In this document: positions 59,856-64,000 of the stretch, piece by piece | How positions within the stretch are numbered: the first letter of the stretch is position 1 | Layout of the letters: every line of letters begins with the position of its first letter | NCBI GenBank assembly: GCA_016864895.1 | Contig: CP046107.1 | Location: forward strand, 997,741-1,061,740 | DNA from: Neisseriaceae bacterium | GTDB lineage: Bacteria; Pseudomonadota; Gammaproteobacteria; Burkholderiales; Neisseriaceae | Length of the DNA stretch: 64,000 bases | Direction of reading: 5' to 3' | Notes under the pieces: model-generated | Databases searched by the model: none | Seen by the model: the letters and a program-made list of their open reading frames with translations, nothing else | What the model was told of the DNA's origin: nothing | Position numbers and translations under genes: made by a program

Positions 59856-60937
59856 TGATTGTAACTAAACAAAAAATTAATGATATTAATGTTGAGGCGA
59901 ATGTACCAATTGTTACGCCACGAGAATTAAAAGATAAATTACCATTGTCTCCTACAGCTCGTACATTAGTATCAGAAAGTCGGCAAATTGTAAAAAATAT
60001 TTTAGATCATAGGGATTATCGATTGTTTGTTGTTGTGGGGCCTTGTTCTATCCATGATTATAAAGCAGCAATAGAATATGCACAGCGATTAAAAAAACTC
60101 TCAGATAGAGTTAAAGATACACTTTTTTTAATTATGCGAGTATATTTTGAAAAGCCAAGAACAACTGTTGGTTGGAAGGGCTTGATTAATGATCCTTATT
60201 TGAATGATACATTCAAGATTGAAGATGGCCTACATTTAAGTAGAAGGTTACTGCTAGAAATTGCACATATAGGGATACCTGCTTCGACCGAGGCATTAGA
60301 TCCGATCTCTCCTCAATATTTGCAAGATTTGATTAGTTGGTCCGCCATTGGTGCAAGAACAACTGAGTCTCAGACACATAGGGAATTAGCATCGGGCTTA
60401 TCTTCAGCGGTAGGATTTAAAAATGGAACTGATGGTGGCCTAGCTGTTGCTTTGAATGCTTTAAAATCCGTTGCCAATGCACATCATTTTTTAGGTATTA
60501 ATCAGGAAGGTAGGGTTTCTCGTGTTAAAACAAGAGGTAATCCGTATGCACATATTGTTTTAAGAGGGGGGGATAATAAAACAAATTATGATTCTGTCAA
60601 TGTGACGTTGGTGGAGGAAAGATTGAGAAAAGCAGGGTTATCAACTAATATTATGATTGATTGTTCACATGAGAATTCCAATAAAAGAGCAGAGTTGCAG
60701 CCTTTAGTGGTGGATAATATTATTAATCAAATTTTAAATGGTAATCAATCTATTTGTGCTTTAATGATAGAAAGTAATTTAGAGTGGGGCAATCAATCAA
60801 TACCAGAAGACTTATCCCAATTAAAATATGGGGTTTCCATAACAGATGCTTGTATTGATTGGAAAACAACCGAAGATGTTATTTTAAAAGTATATGACAG
60901 ATTAAAAGATACTTTGCCTAAACGTTTTTCATTTTAG
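59843..60937 (+). CDS. aroG: 3-deoxy-7-phosphoheptulonate (DAHP) synthase, class I
   Basis: 364 aa. VVVGPCSIHD, EKPRTTVGWKGLINDP, IGARTTESQTHRE, DCSHENS. Confidence 0.92.
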   Translation: MDYIVIVTKQKINDINVEANVPIVTPRELKDKLPLSPTARTLVSESRQIVKNILDHRDYRLFVVVGPCSIHDYKAAIEYAQRLKKLSDRVKDTLFLIMRVYFEKPRTTVGWKGLINDPYLNDTFKIEDGLHLSRRLLLEIAHIGIPASTEALDPISPQYLQDLISWSAIGARTTESQTHRELASGLSSAVGFKNGTDGGLAVALNALKSVANAHHFLGINQEGRVSRVKTRGNPYAHIVLRGGDNKTNYDSVNVTLVEERLRKAGLSTNIMIDCSHENSNKRAELQPLVVDNIINQILNGNQSICALMIESNLEWGNQSIPEDLSQLKYGVSITDACIDWKTTEDVILKVYDRLKDTLPKRFSF

Positions 60938-61183
60938 TTGCATACTTTTTAGTTCCCATTCTTCAGGTGTCGCCGCTACTATAATAGACAAGGCGTGTAG
61001 CTCGTTACTGGCAATTTGTTCTTTTAGGCTATCTTTAATTAGTCGATGTCTTTGTAAACGACTTAAACTTTCAAATTTTTGTGACACAATCTTCACAAAA
61101 AAGTGATATCCGTCTCCATCAACTTCTATGTAGGTGCATGGTATTATTTGTTGAATAAGATTGGTTAATTCTTCTAACTGCAT
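60929..61183 (-). CDS. BolA-family protein (IbaG/YrbA-like)
   Basis: 84 aa. DGYHFFVKIVS..F...S.LQRHRLI and HALSI blocks. Confidence 0.8.
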   Translation of the reverse strand: MQLEELTNLIQQIIPCTYIEVDGDGYHFFVKIVSQKFESLSRLQRHRLIKDSLKEQIASNELHALSIIVAATPEEWELKSMQLK

Positions 61184-61204
61184 ATTGATGATTCCTGTTC
61201 TGTG

Positions 61205-61972
61205 TTAGGACCTTAGTTTATAGCCTGATTTTAATACTAGTATGGCGATTATTGTTAATGACATAAAAAAAACTAAGGAGATCTCTAAAGAAATAGAAGG
61301 TTGTATATCAGATTGTCCAAAAAAACCATATCTAAAACCATCAACCAAATAAAAGAAGGGGTTGACTTGGCTAATTGTGTACCAGAATGTGGGTAGTTTT
61401 TGTATAGAATAAAAAACACCTGACAGAAAAGTCAGTGGCATAATAATAAAATTTTGAAACAATGATGTTTGATCGAATTTTTCAGCGACAATACCGGCTA
61501 TTAAGCCCAATGTCCCCAATGTTGCTCCACTGATAATAGCAAATAAAACTATCCATAATAGTCCGTAGATGGGAATAGTTGGTACGAATATCAAAGCACA
61601 AATAAAGATTCCCAGCCCAACCATTAGTCCTCTTATTAGTGCGGCTCCTACAAAAGCAATAAAAAATCCTAAATTGGATAAAGGTGGGAGTAAGATAAAA
61701 ATAATGTTTTCTGCAATTTTAGATTGAATTAAACTACTAGAAGTATTAGCAAAGGCATTTTGCATAATACCCATCATAATTAGACCAGGAATAAGAAATT
61801 GCATATAACTAACCCCAGGATAAATATTGATTTTATCTTGTAGCACATTAGAAAAAATCAGTAGATACAGTAAGGAGGAAACGATAGGGGCACCAAGAGT
61901 CTGCAGACCTACCTTGGAAAAGCGTAGAACTTCTTTTTTGAAAAGGGTGTAGATACCGTATAAATTATTCAT
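61205..61972 (-). CDS. ABC-2 type transporter permease
   Basis: 255 aa with 6 TM segments. Its start overlaps the stop of the upstream ATPase gene. Confidence 0.8.
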   Translation of the reverse strand: MNNLYGIYTLFKKEVLRFSKVGLQTLGAPIVSSLLYLLIFSNVLQDKINIYPGVSYMQFLIPGLIMMGIMQNAFANTSSSLIQSKIAENIIFILLPPLSNLGFFIAFVGAALIRGLMVGLGIFICALIFVPTIPIYGLLWIVLFAIISGATLGTLGLIAGIVAEKFDQTSLFQNFIIMPLTFLSGVFYSIQKLPTFWYTISQVNPFFYLVDGFRYGFFGQSDIQPSISLEISLVFFMSLTIIAILVLKSGYKLRS

Positions 61973-62865
61973 TGTGTTAAGCTTAAAAAAACTTTTTCTA
62001 AATTTTTCTCTATTATTTCTAGCCCAGAAATAGTAATATGGTTGGCATTGATGATATGTAATAAGTTTTCTAGTTGTAAATAATTATCAAGTTCAAACAA
62101 CCACTTATTTTTTTGATGTTGATGACGTAAACAACTCAGTAATGGTTTTATATTCTCGTGACAAATAAATGAAACGTGAATATGTTCATCAACTACCAAC
62201 AGGTTTTCTGTTTTATCAAGTGCAATTAGTTGCCCCTGTTTCATAAAGAGAATCCTATCGCACAATTGCTTAGCTTCTTCCAAATAATGTGTCGTTAAAA
62301 TAATAGTATGACCTTGTTGATTGAGTTTTTTGATAAAGATCCATAAAGATTGACGTAATTCTACATCTACCCCAGCAGTCGGCTCATCCAATATAATAAC
62401 GGGAGGTTTATGTACAAGAGCTTGAGCTATCATCAAACGGCGTTTCATGCCACCTGACAAACTACGGGTGTTATTGTTAATTTTTGTTAATAATCCCAGT
62501 TCCTCTAATATTTCTTCAATCCATTGATCATTGTTTTTGATACCATAATAGCCTGATTGATAGGATAAAACTTCTTTGACTGTAAAGAATGGATCAAAGG
62601 TTAATTCTTGGGGGACGATACCTAGGTTCATTTTAGAGAGATGACTATTTTTTTTGGTATCAAAACCTAAAACTTGAATTGATCCAGATGTGGGCTTACT
62701 TAGGCCGGCAATACTAGAGATCAAAGTTGTTTTACCTGCACCATTGGGACCTAAGAGGCCAAAAAATTCGCCGTTAAAAACTTGAAAAGAAACATTATCT
62801 AGTGCTTTAAAGCCATTTTTATATACCTTAGTAATATTATTGATATTTAAAGCAATTGATTTCAC
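61969..62865 (-). CDS. ABC transporter ATP-binding protein (ABC-2 exporter partner)
   Basis: Walker A GPNGAGKTT, signature LSGGMKRR, Walker B VIILDEP. Confidence 0.88.
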   Translation of the reverse strand: MKSIALNINNITKVYKNGFKALDNVSFQVFNGEFFGLLGPNGAGKTTLISSIAGLSKPTSGSIQVLGFDTKKNSHLSKMNLGIVPQELTFDPFFTVKEVLSYQSGYYGIKNNDQWIEEILEELGLLTKINNNTRSLSGGMKRRLMIAQALVHKPPVIILDEPTAGVDVELRQSLWIFIKKLNQQGHTIILTTHYLEEAKQLCDRILFMKQGQLIALDKTENLLVVDEHIHVSFICHENIKPLLSCLRHQHQKNKWLFELDNYLQLENLLHIINANHITISGLEIIEKNLEKVFLSLTQ

Positions 62866-64000
62866 TTCACAACCTTCTGTAAAAAAAGAATTTCATTTTG
62901 AATAACTTGTTCAAATGTATCCCTACTTTTTATCATGGTATGGCAGTCACCATCAATCAGGATTTCGGGAGCAATGAGACGAGAATTATAATGACTGGCC
63001 ATGGAAGCAGCATAAGCACCAGCACTTTTTACAGCAAGATAATCACCTGCTTGTACAGCGAGTGTTCGATTTTTACCTAAACAATCCCCTGATTCGCATA
63101 CAGGGCCAACGATATCTGCTTTAACAGTGGACAAGTTTTCGTGTATTACTATAGGAACGATATCATGATAGCTATCATATAATGCAGGCCTTAATAAATC
63201 ATTCATAGCAGCATCCGTGATAATAAAACACTTTTCTTGATTGTGTTTAATAAAATCTACTTTTGTTAAAAGAATACCAGAGTTTCCAATAATAGAACGA
63301 CCAGGCTCCAAAACTAATTGTAATCCATTATTTTTCTGAAAAAAAGGGGTAATATGCCTCGCATAATCTTCATAATTAGGGTTAGGATCATCTTTCTTAT
63401 AAGGAATGCCGATTCCTCCACCCAGATCAATATGCTTGAGATGAATGCCTTTTTGTTTTAATTGAATAACGAGTTCAAATATTTTATCAGCAGCTTCATT
63501 TAATGGGGTTAAATCCAGTAATTGTGAACCTATATGGCAATCAATGCCGATAATAGATAGATGTGATTGTTTCTGAGCATATAAATAGGTTGCGAGAGCA
63601 TCTGGATAGGGAATGCCAAATTTGTTATTTTTTAGGCCTGTGGATATATAAGGGTGTGTTTTAGCATCGACATTAGGATTAACTCTAAAAGATATTGGTG
63701 CAACAGTATTTAATTCCTTAGCGACTACTTGAATACGATCAATCTCGGACAATGATTCGACATTGAAGCATAGTATTCCTGCAGTTAATGCCAACTTAAT
63801 TTCATCTTCACTTTTGTTGACACCAGAGAAAATGATTTTGTCAGGATCTCCTCCCGCGAGTAAAACTCTTTGTAATTCACCACCAGACACAATATCAAAT
63901 CCAGCACCTAAGCTAGCTAAATATTGGAGAATAGATAAATTACTATTTGCCTTGACTGCATAACAAACTAAAGGATTGAAATCATTAAAAATATGTTGAT
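62862..64000 (-). CDS. lysA: Diaminopimelate decarboxylase; N-terminus lies right of the window
   Basis: The frame stays open to nt 64000 (..FNPLVCYAVKANSNLSILQYLASLGAGFDIVSGGEL..), so the listed internal start at 63890 is not the true start. HIGSQ, GGGIG and CESGD motifs. Confidence 0.92.
   Translation of the reverse strand, partial: QHIFNDFNPLVCYAVKANSNLSILQYLASLGAGFDIVSGGELQRVLLAGGDPDKIIFSGVNKSEDEIKLALTAGILCFNVESLSEIDRIQVVAKELNTVAPISFRVNPNVDAKTHPYISTGLKNNKFGIPYPDALATYLYAQKQSHLSIIGIDCHIGSQLLDLTPLNEAADKIFELVIQLKQKGIHLKHIDLGGGIGIPYKKDDPNPNYEDYARHITPFFQKNNGLQLVLEPGRSIIGNSGILLTKVDFIKHNQEKCFIITDAAMNDLLRPALYDSYHDIVPIVIHENLSTVKADIVGPVCESGDCLGKNRTLAVQAGDYLAVKSAGAYAASMASHYNSRLIAPEILIDGDCHTMIKSRDTFEQVIQNEILFLQKVVK

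Overview
By eye this is an AT-rich (roughly one-third G+C) Gram-negative chromosomal segment. Gene content and local synteny look beta/gammaproteobacterial: tamB, leuS, acnA, argJ, ubiE, prfB, ruvC-ruvA, gmhB-plsC, glnB, dapF-DUF484, mutY, lptD-surA-pdxA, mlaFEDC, class-I aroG and lysA. The taxon cannot be fixed from the sequence alone. About 55 credible CDS are present. I saw no rRNA, tRNA or CRISPR array. Four accessory or decaying stretches interrupt the housekeeping blocks. (1) At 3.7-5.1 kb there is an intact TnpB-only IS200/IS605-type (IS1341-like) element with structured ends and a candidate omega-RNA. (2) At 27.2-32.6 kb there are three tandem type IVa pilin paralogues sharing a near-identical pilin head. 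Two of them carry very long C-terminal extensions of 16 and 11 in-frame copies of a 75-bp (25-aa) Pro/Thr/Ser/Glu-rich repeat, each ending in a different unique tail of about 55 aa. A decayed fourth cassette follows. This is the most unusual feature in the window. (3) At 38.2-46.7 kb there is a debris-rich region: an HTH pseudogene, two decayed TnpB copies in inverted orientation bracketing a Bcr/CflA efflux gene, an IS3-type transposase remnant, long G/C homopolymers, an orphan terminator and a FinO-like RNA chaperone gene. (4) An isolated 5-aminolevulinate synthase (Shemin pathway) gene lies at 48-49 kb. Other notable points are a conserved prfB +1 frameshift site and a SurA that lacks both PPIase domains. 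lptD-surA-pdxA-mlaFEDC also forms one tightly packed co-directional string. Many intergenic regions span 0.5-2 kb. Together with the gene remnants, this suggests (inference) a genome undergoing decay, as in host-associated bacteria.
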